Assembly (NCBI GenBank): GCA_951406725.2
Contig: OX597831.1
Coordinates: 37,324,001-37,388,000, forward strand
Reading direction: 5' to 3'
DNA length: 64,000 nucleotides
DNA from: Octopus vulgaris
Lineage: Eukaryota
The number at the start of each line of letters is the position of its first letter. The first letter of the stretch is position 1. The position numbers and the translations under genes are program-made. Under the pieces are notes generated by a model. It saw nothing but the letters and a program-made list of their open reading frames with translations. It was not told the DNA's origin and did not search any database. Shown here one piece after another: positions 1 through 14,155 of the stretch.

Positions 1-20
1 GAGCGGTTGTAAAAGGACAG

Positions 21-400
21 TGGTATAAATACTTGGGAATACTGGAAGCAGATAAGATTTAAAAAATGAAGAAATGAAGCAAATTACCAGTTTCTTACAC
101 AAGGAGAGTAAGAAAAATAATATAGTTAAAGTTGAATTCAAAGAACCTTATTGAAGTAATAAATGCAAGAGCAGTACCCTTATTCAGATTTGGAGATGGA
201 ATTATAGACTGGACTAAATACGATATAAAGAAACTAGAGCGAAAAACTAGGAATTTGTTGACAATATAACGACCCCACCCCAATCTGAAAGCTGATATCA
301 ACCGGCTGCACTTGAGGAGAGACGAGGGTGGAAAAGAGGAATTAACTGCGGTAGAAGGTTGTGTACAGATGGAAAGTAAAAAAGCCTAGTAGAGTATTTA
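21..400 (+). mobile_element. Decayed non-LTR retrotransposon RT C-terminal fragment, R4/Dong-like
   Basis: Manual translation across stops/frameshifts: WYKYLGILEADKI*...YTRRVRKII*LKLNSKNLIEVINARAVPLFRFGDGIIDWTKYDIKKLERKTRNLLTI*RPHPNLKADINRLHLRRDEGG, the YKYLG...IN.WAVP...W...LDRKTRK...HP.AD..RLY.PR..GGRGL pattern of R4-clade RTs. Confidence 0.8.
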
Positions 401-1619
401 CAGAAAGCACAGAAAATCCACTAAAGACAGTGAATAAGGAACAGGTAATCAAACGTGTAAAAGGAGAAAAGGACAAGAATGAAATTTAAAGAGAGCACAT
501 CAAACTGGTTGAATAGAAACTTTTCCATGCCGAATATTGAAAAGCCACTGCTGCCTTGGTGGTCCATTCTAATCTGCCCGAAAGTATTTAGAACAAATAT
601 AAAAGCCATTGCTTTGAGACTCGTAGTACTTCCTGCATATAACGATTTACATCCGTCTAAATGTCTTAATTAAGATCATTATGGCCGTCACAGAATGCGA
701 TCCTAATCATATTTCATTACAACTGCGGAGCTGATACACAACTCCGTTCATAACAATATCAACTGATATGCTATAAGAATAGACATATACACGATCGAGA
801 TAGTAGCATACTTGGATTCATAAACATCATAGGGCAGACTCAAACTGCATTTGTTAAAATTGAACAGTTGCAAACATGTTGTGAATGATATGCATAAATC
901 GAATTCATGTTAGGAAGGAAACTTCAGAAGTACATCTCTCTAATAATGAATAATAAATAAATATACTTCCTTGCACATCTATCATTTCAGTACTGCCATC
1001 GGTGGAATAGAACCGAGAGAACTTTACAACAGATCGTTATCGCCATACTTAACCGCATTTTATGCCTTTTCTTTTGACACAAGCGTTTATATTACCGAGA
1101 GAAATTATTACTCGATGACATTATAATAGCAGGACCAACAATCTTATTACTGCAAATGTTCTTGTCTCCGGTTATTTAATATTCTTTCTCATTTGTTGAT
1201 CGATTTCATAATAAATGGATGCTGTTTTAAGTCTGTCATTTGCAATTATAATTTATTTTAATGTCTGCGATAGAGAGAGGAATATATGAAGTGACGCCAA
1301 ACTCATATTTCTATTATACAAGAACAGATATTGTTACAGTATTTTATTAGATATTTTACCAAAGTCTTGTTTAGTTGCTTTTTCATTATTCTTTTTCTCC
1401 TTATATCTGATATTTTTCTCTGTATAAGCCTCCGCATTTATTTCTCCCTCTCTTATTTCTCTTTCCCTCCTCTTTCTCTCTCTCTCTCTCTCTCTCACTT
1501 TCTCACTCTCTGTCCGTTTCTCACGCTCTGCCAAACTCTTATCCTGTCTCTATCACTATATTTATCGAAGTATTTCCTCAGTAAGCTATCTATCTATCCA
1601 TGCATCAATCCATCCCTCC

Positions 1620-1693
<74 letters not shown>

Positions 1694-1894
1694 TTGTCGA
1701 TCTAACTAATATATCTATCTATCCATCTATATATCCATCTATCTATCTATGCATCTATCCGTCTATCTCTCTCTCTATATATATATCTAACTATCTATCT
1801 ATCTATCTATCTATTTATCTATCTATCTAACCAACCAGTCATTCATTCGTCCCATTCATCCATCCATTGACCCGTTCATCTGACTGTCTGTCTA

Positions 1895-1983
<89 letters not shown>
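1620..1983. repeat. (TATC)n microsatellite blocks (similar blocks near 4887-4965, 35531-35600, 63838-63930)
   Basis: Direct reading of tandem TATC units. Confidence 0.95.
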
Positions 1984-1984
<1 letters not shown>

Positions 1985-2045
1985 ATCTATATATCAGTGC
2001 TTCTATCAGAAAATATTTCTATCTTAAATACCTGTCTTGCTCTAT

Positions 2046-2077
<32 letters not shown>

Positions 2078-2504
2078 ACTCTCTCTCTCTCTCTCAATAT
2101 CTCCCTCCCCTTTTCTTTTTATGTATGTATTTCAATTTACATGAGTGCACGCTTATATTCAACCCACCTTTTACATTATCCATGGCACCATTCACATGTG
2201 GATACATGCAAGTATACAGCGAATGTATATTCATGCATACAAGCGAATTTGCATGTATGTGTACATATATGCACGGGTAGAAATAAACAAACATAATATC
2301 AATGCATGCCCCTCTATGTTGAAGACACACGTACACACACACGCACACGCACACACGCACACACACATACATACGTATGTGTGAGTGTTTAACTGTCATT
2401 CTTTATATATTTATGCAAGTGTAAATATATAACACGTATATATGTGTGTATATATGTATGGATGCCTGTATGTGTATGTGTATGTATGTGTGTGCGTATG
2501 TCTG

Positions 2505-2566
<62 letters not shown>

Positions 2567-3356
2567 GAATATATATACATGTATATATGTAGAAATATAT
2601 GTATCAAAATATTTATGTCATGATGTGGGGCTATATATATATATATGTATGTATGTGTGTATGTATATATGTATGTATGTATGTCTTTATATATGTAGGT
2701 ATGGAATTATGCGTGTATGAGTGTTTGTGTGCGTGTGTTATTTAAAGAGACTACGTTTGTTGAAATACAAAACCAAGAATAACAACCCATAACCCCTGCC
2801 ATCACAATTTTATACAGTTATATATATATTTATTGATACATTTTCATTTTTATCACTTTTTTCGCTAAGTTCAACATGATTACTTTAGTTCGGTTATCGA
2901 AAAAATTAATGACTGAAGAAAATGGCATTTTATTGAAGAAAGAATAAAATATTCACGCGATTGTAAAAGAGAAATAAAAACAGTTGTTAAAAACATGTGT
3001 TAACCTTGCTTGTTTGATTAATGTCATCGAGTCTCCATTTATGTCTAAACCAAATCTAAATGATTATATTACGAATATTGATTTCTATCGTAGTAACAGC
3101 GCCACAGATTTTGGGAGCGTCTATAATTCAGTATATCAAAACCAGCATCAGATCGTTACTTGTTTTAGGGAGCTTGCAGTGAGGGAAGACAGATTCGTCA
3201 GGTTTAAAATAATTACTAGTACTCTAACTGCCTTTTGCGTTGTATATTGCAAGTAATTCTCCGAGTATTTTCTCCAAAATATAGTAGTAATCACCAACTG
3301 CCTGTTACTGACCATAAGTGGTTGTAAGGTATCAAATTTCTTATTTTATCGTCTCT

Positions 3357-3595
3357 GGTTACGGGGACGTGAACACACCAACACCGCGTGTCAAGCGATG
3401 TGGGGAGACAAATACAGACGCACAAACATATACTTATATATACTACGGTCTTCTTTCAGTTTCCGGCTACAAAATTCACTCGCAAGACTGTGGTTGGGCC
3501 GAGGCTAGTGTAGAAGACGCTTACCCAAGTTGCCACACAGTGGGACTGAACCAGGAATTATTTTGTTGGGAAGCAAGTTTCTTACCACACCACCA
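3357..3595 (-). mobile_element. SINE family A, partial diverged copy
   Basis: Reverse complement of the family-A head and body seen at 23689 and 52910 (cttctttcagtttcc, gaggctagtgtagaagac, gtgggactgaacc). Confidence 0.8.
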
Positions 3596-3846
3596 AAGAG
3601 AGAGAGAGAGAGAGGGAGGGAGAGAGAGTGGGAGGGAGAGAGAGTGGGAGGGAGAGAGAGTGGGAGGGAGAGAGGGAGGGAAGAGAGCGGGAAAGAGAGA
3701 GGGATGGAGAGAGAAAGAGAGGGGAAGACAGAGAGAGAGAGAGAGTATAAAAGAGTTAAGCTATCCTTTTTGAGATGAAGTTTTCGGATGTTAATAAAAT
3801 TTCCACATTCCTCTTCGCTATCAAACGTTATCTATCTATCTATACT

Positions 3847-3935
<89 letters not shown>

Positions 3936-4000
3936 CATATATATATGGGAAGACTTTTGTTAAACGACGTCGATTACTACAATTCCGTAAATAATAATAA

Positions 4001-4186
4001 TGGTATTTTATAAGCTTAACGCTTATAAGCCATCACGACCTTGACAGAAAAATGTCTCAGATATTTTCATACAATTGTCTTGAAAGAGAGGAAATCAGTA
4101 GGTGACAAGATATATATGCCCCATTATTAGACTATATTCTTTAATCATTGCGTGCCGATAGCTTATAAGCTTTAAGCTTATAAGAT

Positions 4187-4190
<4 letters not shown>
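4001..4190. mobile_element. Small MITE-like element with ~30-bp terminal inverted repeats
   Basis: TTATAAGCTTAACGCTTATAAGCCATC (from 4008) vs GATAGCTTATAAGCTTTAAGCTTATAA (to 4183). Confidence 0.55.
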
Positions 4191-4222
<32 letters not shown>

Positions 4223-4287
4223 AAGATAAATAGATAGATAGACAGTATTAATAAAATAGGAGATGGTATGTGTAATATATTTTATTG

Positions 4288-4330
4288 GGTACAACGTATG
4301 TTTCGACCCGTTCTGTGTCTCTTCAGGTAG
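4288..4330 (-). ncRNA. Minimal hammerhead ribozyme-like motif (Penelope-like pLTR remnant)
   Basis: Minus strand: tac-CTGAAGA-gac-acagaacgg-gtc-GAAAC-atac-GTT-gta followed by ccaataaa. Confidence 0.5.
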
Positions 4331-4530
4331 ATTAATAAAAGTCACATTGGAGATTTCTTGAGTCAGCTTACACATTCCATCTCCTATGTTATTAATACTG
4401 TTACCCCAACCGCCACTACGAAGTTCTTGCAGTAAATCTATGTATCACAACAGGTTATCGAAACTGTGCGGGTGCTTTACTAATCATCTATTTATACATT
4501 TTGTACAATTTCCCCATTATATATACCCTA

Positions 4531-4563
<33 letters not shown>

Positions 4564-4617
4564 TGTATGTATGTATGTATGTATGTATGTATGTATGTAT
4601 GTATGTATGTATGTATG

Positions 4618-4685
<68 letters not shown>

Positions 4686-4886
4686 TTAACAGTATGAAAA
4701 ACATTTTATACTGCATAAAACAAGAAGAGGGCTATCTCATCTAGTTTCCATAGCTCTCCTAAGCAAGAATCTTGTATATTTCCGATGTAATTGAGGCAAA
4801 CTAATTACTAGTGTGAATGAAAATTTCGATTGGTATAGTAACTCCTCTGAAATTTACCTTGTCCTCATTTGGCGTCTGTTGTTCTG

Positions 4887-4966
<80 letters not shown>

Positions 4967-5121
4967 ATTCTATCTATCTGTCTATCTCCCTATCTATATA
5001 TCTAACAATCTATCTATATATCTATGCACATGTCTGTCTGTCTGTCAATCTATATATGTATATATTTATCTCCATACATACAGATATATACACACGTACA
5101 TGCAGCCACTCTCTTTCTCTC

Positions 5122-5152
<31 letters not shown>

Positions 5153-5828
5153 CACACCCACTTACACACTCATAATGATACTGCAAGATAGATGAAGCTA
5201 TTTGGCAACACGGTGGACAATAAACGAGGTTTTAATTAGAATCACAATATTCATTCAGTTATAAATAACCACACAATACCTTCATTAATCATTTGAATCA
5301 ATTGCTGATTATCTTCGTAATTAGATCCCTGATTAACGTATTTATTGCCATACCTGGATTAAGAGAATTAATTTGTTTCGGTTGAAGTTCTCTGCTATTT
5401 AAATGAGAATATCTCCCAATCCAATACCTTCTAATTTCAGTATTCCATCATTCCAGTGTTCCGACATTCTAACTAAGCGCTCTTCGTATTCCTCTCCGTG
5501 TAAAGGTATGCTACTCTGTGTGTGTGTATGTCTTCCTTCTACGTAAATGTAAATTCGATTGTTTGTATTTATGTTTGTATATCGATAATGTTTATCTTCA
5601 GACGAAACTTGGAGAGAAAACGATGTATCAAAGAAATCGCGATAATGACCATCATATCTTCCTTTCTTCGATAATCTCTCCAGGATCTTGTCACCTAATG
5701 ATTTCCGCTCTTTGAAGACAATTGTATGAGAATATCTGAGACAAATTTTGACCTGCTGCTTATAAGCAAATATTCTTCCAAACAGACACACACATACATA
5801 TGTATGTATATTTATGTAGATGTTGGTC

Positions 5829-5902
<74 letters not shown>

Positions 5903-5960
5903 CACATGTATATCGATGAATATTTTGGCTGTGTATATGTGTGTATGTGTATATATATAT

Positions 5961-6810
5961 ATGATGCATGTTGGAAGAAAGTCCACACTAAAACAGCTAT
6001 ACTCTCTTCCTTCAGGGGAACCGCTCTCAACCTCTAACAATGTCAGAGACCTGGGCGTAATTGTTGATGACTATCTCAGTTGGAGTGCCCACATCAACAA
6101 TAAGGTCGATATACCTCGTAGGTGAGTTCCTGGATCTTAAGAACCTTCCGGTCCAGAGAACAAGGTGTCATCATACCACTATTCTCCTCCTTTATACGGC
6201 CACACCTCGAACACTGCTGCCCACTGTGGTCTCAGCATACAAGACAAAACATCTCGAGGATTGAATCACCTCAGAGGGCACTCACTAAACGAATTGAAGG
6301 CATGACTTATTGGGACCGCCTTAAAGTCTTGAAACTCTACTCTCTCCAGCGCCGCCGCGAACTGCATATCATTTGTACGATGTGGAGAATATACCGCCAA
6401 CTTTTCCCAAACGACCTGCATATTAGTTTCAAGGTTGGCCCGTGGTCCCAGCTTTGGGACCACGGGCCATACGTCCTCTGCCCAATTCAGGATCACTGCA
6501 TATAGGTACACTGCAACATAATTTCTTTTCTTCAACAGGCCCTGCCCTGTTTAACATTGTCCCGAAAGAAATCAAAGAGTATAAGGATCCCATCGCCTCT
6601 AAACGGTGTCTGGACCAGATTTCTTCAAGGAATACTGGATAAGCCACCCATAATTGGATACAACTCACCCAACAAGAACTCACTACTTGAATGGACCATA
6701 AACAAAACTTGACGTAAACAGAATTTAGATAATCCTATCAGGTGGTGGCTATTAAGCTTGACGTGGCCTGGACCAATCTTTGGTCGAAACTTATCTAAAT
6801 TTATCTAAGT
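5961..6810 (+). mobile_element. 5'-truncated CR1-like LINE (RT C-terminus and 3' UTR)
   Basis: ORF pieces MHVGRK...VRDLGVIVDDYLSWSAHINNKV and WILRTF...FIRPHLEHCCPLWS...IESPQRALTKRIEG..YWDRLKVLKLYSLQRRR; ends in a short tandem tail TTATCTAAAT TTATCTAAGT; flanked by (TA)n on both sides. Confidence 0.85.
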
Positions 6811-6872
<62 letters not shown>

Positions 6873-6942
6873 GTATTTTTAATATGCTGGCCATTGATAG
6901 AATTTTTTTCGAAAAATTCTATCCTATATTAGATCTTAATTT

Positions 6943-6982
<40 letters not shown>

Positions 6983-7165
6983 TGCATATATCTATGTGTA
7001 TGTATTGATGTGTGTATCGATATATATTTATGAATAAGCATATATATGTGTGTGTGTGTATCGATATATAAATTCACGTATGTGTATACATGCGCTGCGC
7101 TTATGTGTTTGTATAGATCTTGCATAATTAGACAAATACACGCATAGCATGTGGATGTATGCAAG

Positions 7166-7204
<39 letters not shown>

Positions 7205-7743
7205 GCACACATACTTTATGAACGTTTCCATCACCGTCATCGTTATTAATACTATCACTATGACCTCCCTCCTCATGATCATCTCCTACTTTACAACAAC
7301 AATATGAACGATCGTCAGACACGACGAGCAATGTCGCCATCATTCGTGAAGATCTAGAATATTTCCTCCATGTTTGAATAAGTCAGGAATTGTTTGTCCT
7401 TTGTGGATTTGTTTCATTAACAAATGTATATATTACTGATGAATACTTTTGTTACTAACAAGACATGTGCTTTTCAGTGACTTTACAAATAATTCGATTA
7501 TATCGTAGTCGTGTTAATTTGGACCTACCTATTCTCTACACGTTTTTACATATGCAGTAAAACGATCCGTTATTTGTAACCAATTTCATTTACGCTGTAA
7601 AAGTACACTATATTTATTTATTTATTTATTCTTGTTTTTATTTCCTATCTAGAATTATTTGTGAAATCATTGCAGGCTCCGCTCTCATGGAAAAATAAAT
7701 TAGCTGTAATTTGCGTGTTTTAGTACATATTACAGATCTTTCC

Positions 7744-7788
<45 letters not shown>

Positions 7789-8210
7789 ACTCTCTGCCTC
7801 ACACACACACAAACACACAAATATAAATAAATATGTAAAATAAGACGTTAATGTTCTTTTTTCCTTTATAGCTGCCATTATTTCTGACATGTTTCTCTTA
7901 ATCCGGGTCGCAATACTTTTCTTATTCAGTTGACTACGTTGACATAAATTTGTATGGTTTTTCACGAGCTAAATTATAACACCTCATAAATATTCTCTTG
8001 AAAACGTTGGCGCCGGGCTTATATACAAACATCCATCCATACTTGCATCCATCCATCTATCCATCCATCCATGCATACATACCTACGTAAATACATACAA
8101 ACAAGCATCTCTCTTTCTCTCTCTCTCTCTTTCTCTCTCTCTTCTCTCTCTCTCTCTATATATATATGCATGTATATAAGCATATATCTATCTATCTATC
8201 CACCTCTCTC

Positions 8211-8246
<36 letters not shown>

Positions 8247-8252
<6 letters not shown>

Positions 8253-8437
8253 AAGGAGCTTCTACAGGACTAGAACTGTTTCATTCAAAAGAAGTCATCA
8301 GGAAGCTTCCTGATGATTTCTTTTGAATGAAACAGTTCTAGTCCTGTAGAAGCTCCTTCTATAAAATAAATTAATTTACTCTGCTATGTATTGAGTACCT
8401 TATTTACTTTGGTTAACCCCGACTCAACCCGGGACCT

Positions 8438-8440
<3 letters not shown>
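8247..8440 (+). mobile_element. Penelope-like pLTR fragment: 118-bp palindrome containing a type-I hammerhead
   Basis: 8247-8305 is the reverse complement of 8306-8364 (one mismatch); + strand agcttc-CTGATGA(8310)-tttcttttgaat-GAAA-cag-ttctagtc-ctg-TA-gaagct. Confidence 0.75.
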
Positions 8441-8503
<63 letters not shown>

Positions 8504-8530
8504 ATGTTTATCTATCTATCTATCTATGAA

Positions 8531-8578
<48 letters not shown>

Positions 8579-9115
8579 TTGGCATGTATTACTCCAGTCC
8601 TATTACGAAAAGTGTCTTTTTTTAAAAAAAAGGATTCTCCTTATGTCCCCAATAGCAACATGAACAACATCATCGCTTGACATAAACGTTCATATCAACA
8701 GCATAGGCATACGTCAGTCACGTTTCGTCTTAAATAATAAAAAAAGACCACAAACACTTTCTGCATTTGTTTTTGACTATCGTTAATAATACACCATTAT
8801 ACATGCCTTAAAGATTAAAAAAAAAACATGTCATATAGGTATTACTACTAGTATTATAACTAACATTAGTACTAGTGAGAAAGAGAGAGCGAGACAGGGA
8901 TGGAGAGAGAGAGAGAGAGGGAGAAAGAGAGAGCGAGACAGTGACGGGGAGAGAGAGAGGAGGAGTGAGTAGAAGAACAGGTAGAAATTTTGTTTGCCTA
9001 TAGCGGATTTAGAAGCTACCCCTCAAATATCCATGACGTGTTAAACTCATATAAATACACTTACACCTTTATACCAGGAAACTCAACACCCATTCCGAAA
9101 ATATTGTATTTGTGC

Positions 9116-9158
<43 letters not shown>

Positions 9159-9236
9159 TAAATGAAATAAAACATATGCATATATATAAACATATATGTA
9201 CGTACCTACCTCTACATGTACATATACACGCATATA

Positions 9237-9640
9237 TGAGTACAGGACACCAAAGGGACGTCGAACACAAAGAGAAACGAAAACATAGACAAACAAACTG
9301 GACATTTTTTTAAAAACAACAAAAAATGGAGTACAGGACAATTAACACAACGAAAAAACCCCTTCTTCAGTCGCTAAGGTTTCATCTACTCTACGTTTCG
9401 AAGGATAAAAGCGAGACGTATCTTCGACAAGAAACTTTCCTTCCTGCGAAAAGCAAATCAATTAAAATTCTGAGATCTTTTCGCAGAGGGGTAAAAAATG
9501 GTAAAAAAATGGTAAAAAAACAGGACAGTAACGACAGTACAAAAATATAAATAGTAAAAAAATAAACAGTAAAAAAATATAAACAGTAAAAAAATATAAC
9601 AGTAAAAGGCAGGACAGGGAAAAACAAGATAAGAAGGGCT
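9237..9640 (-). mobile_element. Interspersed repeat (Penelope-like remnant); same family as 21240-21560 (+) and 19431-19535
   Basis: Shared blocks such as acgtagagtag-tgaaac...gaaggg and tgtactc...gttgttt-aaaaaa; degenerate hammerhead-like motif at 9389-9433. Confidence 0.55.
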
Positions 9641-9914
9641 GTTGACGCCGAACGAAAAAAGTATTGCAAACGCAGAATTTTTTGTGAACGACAGGAGAGC
9701 AGGAAGAATGTCGTCCAGTTACCTTGAAAGCCAGGCCAAAAAAGACAGTCAGGGCGGAAGTATCGTCGCGGGTGGACGACGGGAAGGGGGGAGGAGGAGC
9801 AACAGCAAGGGAGAGAAGAAGGGGAAAGGCTGCGAGGAGACCATGAAGAATGGTGAGGGGTAGAGAGAGAGTATATATATATATATATATATATGTATAT
9901 ACATATATACATAT

Positions 9915-9960
<46 letters not shown>

Positions 9961-10012
9961 TTATATATAGTTATTTATATATACATACATATATATATAT
10001 GTACATATATAT

Positions 10013-10250
10013 AACACGTGATCGAACAGAGTGTCATGTGTTATGTTGATTTACACCGCTGGTAACAGTGCGATTTGCATAGTTTTAGCTTTCAAATTAT
10101 GCCACCTCACTGGCTAGGTGAGCAAGACGATATTCACCACTTTATTAAAATACTTGCCCGTCACAAGACCTCTCATTTACAATTGCGTGGCCTAGACCAA
10201 TGTAAACTGGAGTCCTTTGCCCAAGAAAAAAAGGCGCAGGTCGTCCAAGA
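10013..10250 (-). mobile_element. Old SINE with the family-C 3' tail and a CORE-like body
   Basis: acaccgctggtaacagtgcgatttgcatagttttagctttcaaat...tggctaggtgagca matches 60395-60468; tttgcccaagaa is the reverse complement of a ttcttgggcaaa CORE-like motif. Confidence 0.5.
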
Positions 10251-10800
10251 TTGGATACCTCTTATCCGTTTGGATAAGAGGTGTTGGCGGTCGGCAGTCG
10301 GGCCACGAAAGAAAGATCATGGCTGGCAAGGAAACAGAGCTAAATGATCTACTCTTCCCGACGTTTGCACTGCGAACGCCTTTTCCTCCGAAGACCACAT
10401 ACCAAGTCCAAATTCCTGATCTAACACGCAAACCGCTTATTGTACAGCACTTCACTTTTAGGTCCTGTCTGTTGAATTTCCTGGTAATCCTAGGTTGGAT
10501 TAACTTGTGAGTGGAAACAAAAAATAGAGACAGAACAAAATGAGTCGGTTGAATCATCATACTCCGAAATCGATGGAAGAATCCGTCATATATATATATT
10601 TATATATCCATACACACACACGCGCACAAAAAACACACATAAACACACACACACACACACACGAACACAAATGCACACATATATATATATAAATTTACTA
10701 ATATAGGATAAAAATGTTTTCAGAAAAAGTTTCATCAAAAGTGGCAGCATACTAAAATACCTTTAAAGGTGAAAATTATTATTATATATATATATATATA

Positions 10801-10961
10801 TACTACGGGCTTCTTTCAGTTTCTATCTAGCAAATCCAATCACAAGTTTTCGGTCGGCCCGAGGCTATAGTAGAAGTCACTTGCACAAGGTGCCACGCAG
10901 TGGGACTGAACCCGTTACCATGTGATTGCGAAGCAAGCTACTTACCACCCAGCCACTCCTG
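10801..10961 (-). mobile_element. SINE family A, 5' half
   Basis: Reverse complement of caggagtggctg..tggtaagtagcttgc...gggttcagtcccactgcgtggcacctt. Confidence 0.85.
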
Positions 10962-10970
10962 AGTATATAT

Positions 10971-11025
<55 letters not shown>

Positions 11026-12000
11026 CACGCAGACATACGTACTTATGTACATACCTCCTTCCACGTGCTGCATACACATACATACGCATAGACACACGCA
11101 CGCACGCTCATACACACACAGACACACACACTTATATAAATGTGTAGGTGGGTGTGTTTGCATGTGTAATTTGTACCTTTGATCATTTGTGTACTGTATA
11201 CCAATTGAAGCTACTTGAAAACGGTTCATTGTTTGTGTTTGTGTTTGGTTTTACTATTAACAAAAGACACATAACAAATTTGTTAGTCCGTATTGAAACT
11301 AGTAAATCTATAAATTTCCGGAAATGGTTCTTTAGAGTTTTAAAGTGTGAATCGAAAAGAAAACAAATATTATCATCAAATGTGAAGTGACTAAGGAAGA
11401 AGAAGAACGTTAAATAAACTAGAAAGGAGACATGAAATAGAAATATAATTGTTATAGATACTATTGCAATTAGCTTGTTGATGAAGTTGAGTACTATGTT
11501 TCTTAGAATATTTGTTCGTTCGCTCTTTCATACAGGATGTTTGCACTTCACATTACATAAGGTCGCTTCCATCAAATCAGAGGCAAATTAAACACACACA
11601 CACACAAACGTAAACATTCACATACACATGCACACACACACATGTGCACACAATGTTACGCGCAGACACAATCGAGGAGAGATACTATTATAAACACTCC
11701 TTCTCACACACTATCGCTGTGATATTCATATAAAGAGCATTACACTACGAGTTCTTCGTGGCACCCACTTGAAAATGGTGGATTAGCAAATTTCGAACAA
11801 TAAGTCAAGCAGTATTTCTTCTGATTCTTGTAGTTCTCGGTTCCAATCAAGCAGAAAGCAGAATAAATTGGTTGTCAAAATAAAGCACGTTTCCAGTAAT
11901 GAGGTCACGTTAATCGATTGGCTAGAAAATTATGGCCTTTGTTCTGTATGCATGCATGTATGTATGTATGTATGTATGTATGTATGTATGTATGTATATC

Positions 12001-12073
<73 letters not shown>

Positions 12074-12077
12074 GGAC

Positions 12078-12260
12078 TTTTATTTATATTTGTTTCAGTC
12101 ATTTGAATGTGGCCGTGCTGGAAATCGACACCAGGACTTATTCTCTGTAAGTCTAGTACAGGCTATGTGGCAGAAACGCAATGTTACGCTAACATAAACA
12201 CGCCAACATCGGTTATCAAGCTATGGTGGGGGAACGGTCTTAGACACACAAATACAAACA
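12078..12260 (-). mobile_element. SINE family A, 3' half
   Basis: tgtttcagtcatttga..gtggccgtgctgga...ccaggacttattct matches the family-A tail. Confidence 0.75.
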
Positions 12261-13464
12261 TCATATATATGTAGCGGGGTCTAAGTTTCTTTACCAGATG
12301 AGCTACCTTTCCATATCACATAGAACGCACATTCCACTGCCGTTGGTGTGGGGCATACACTTGGCTAACATCTTCCAATGGATGTTGTAACTAATACCTT
12401 TATTGTTTAATGACCATCTGGAGAAGCGGCTTAGACCCCGCTACATGTCTGAATTCAAGAACTGAACTTCCAGGTACATGCCCACACGTGGCCAAATATT
12501 TGTTACGTTTTTGGTCCCCGCGAGATTACAGATAGAACTTGCTTTCTATATTGTGCCCACGTACAAGCTTTTTATCTCTTTATACCTTTTACTTATATTT
12601 CTTATATATTTTCATTTTTATTCTTTATACATATACATTTTACATATTTATAGAGATATTGGTTTATAGGTTTATCGCTTATATATTTTTTACACATAAT
12701 TTTTCTGTATTCTACCTTCCACCCTGCATTTTCCCTGTGAGTATATAGACGTGTATATGGAGTCCTTTGTGCGCGCGTGGGGGTGTGTGCGTGTGTGCGA
12801 TTATGTGCATATATAGATGTGTGCATGTGTGCATGCATTCGAGTGTGTCCGTTTATAGACGTGTTTTACTCATTGTTTTTTTTACACATCTTCCAGTATT
12901 TTTGGCTTTAGCCCTGTCTTTTCTTGTGTATGTGCACATATGGACTTATGTATGAACCTTTTTGTACGCGCATGTGTGTGTGTGTATATAGACGTGTGCG
13001 GGTATGTGCGTAAATAAGCGCATGTGTGTGAGTATATGGGTATGGGCGTATATAGACGTGGTTTACTCTTTGTATACACCCTTACACCTTTTTTCTGTAC
13101 TGTTACCCTTAGCCTTTCTTTTTCTTGTGCTTGTGGGTATATAGACGTGTGTATGAAGCTTTATGGTGCGTGTGGGGGGATTTGTGTATATAAATATATA
13201 TATTTGGTGAATGGTGCGGGTGAGGATGTATATGTTTCAAGTGAGGGTGGATGAGTGTGTACTTTTAGGCACATGCACGTGGGTGTGCGGGCGCACGTGT
13301 GTAGGTATGAATATGTGTGCTCACGCGAATACTATGAACTTTTTTAATCCCCTACTTTTACTCCCTCCCTTCACTTAACGGTTATTCAAATGGGTCTTTT
13401 GTCTTAATAACTGTCAACCGTACAGTAATTTCCCTTTGTATAACGGTCATTTTTCATAGTATTT

Positions 13465-13742
<278 letters not shown>

Positions 13743-14034
13743 TACATATATATATATATACATATATATGTATATATATATGTGTGTGTGTATTTAAACA
13801 CATAAGAGACATCCAACACAGGATTCCTTGTTCGTTTGAGCGGACAGTTAAATTCCAAACCACTTTTAAAGATAAAATTTCGAAGGGAATGAAAAATAAA
13901 AACATTTACTATCTAACTCCTGGACCAATGGTCTTCAGACTTTTTTTTAGCAAATAAGAATAAGATAATTTGCTAGCTGAAGTCTTCTTCAGCAGGTGCA
14001 CCTTAGATTAAATATATATATATATATATATATA

Positions 14035-14155
14035 TTGGCATGCTCGCTTAGCCAACAGGGTGGCGTCATTCAAAGGCTAAAAAACAATGCGAACGCATTG
14101 TGACCAGCGATGTGTAACAACATCTGATGGTCTGGTCGGTCACGTGATCACGTGA
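14035..14155 (+). mobile_element. SINE family C, 5'-truncated tail
   Basis: tgctcgcttagcca...cgcattgtgaccagcgatgtgt..caacatctgat..ctggtcggtcac is the reverse complement of 60360-60470; embedded in (TA)n. Confidence 0.8.
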
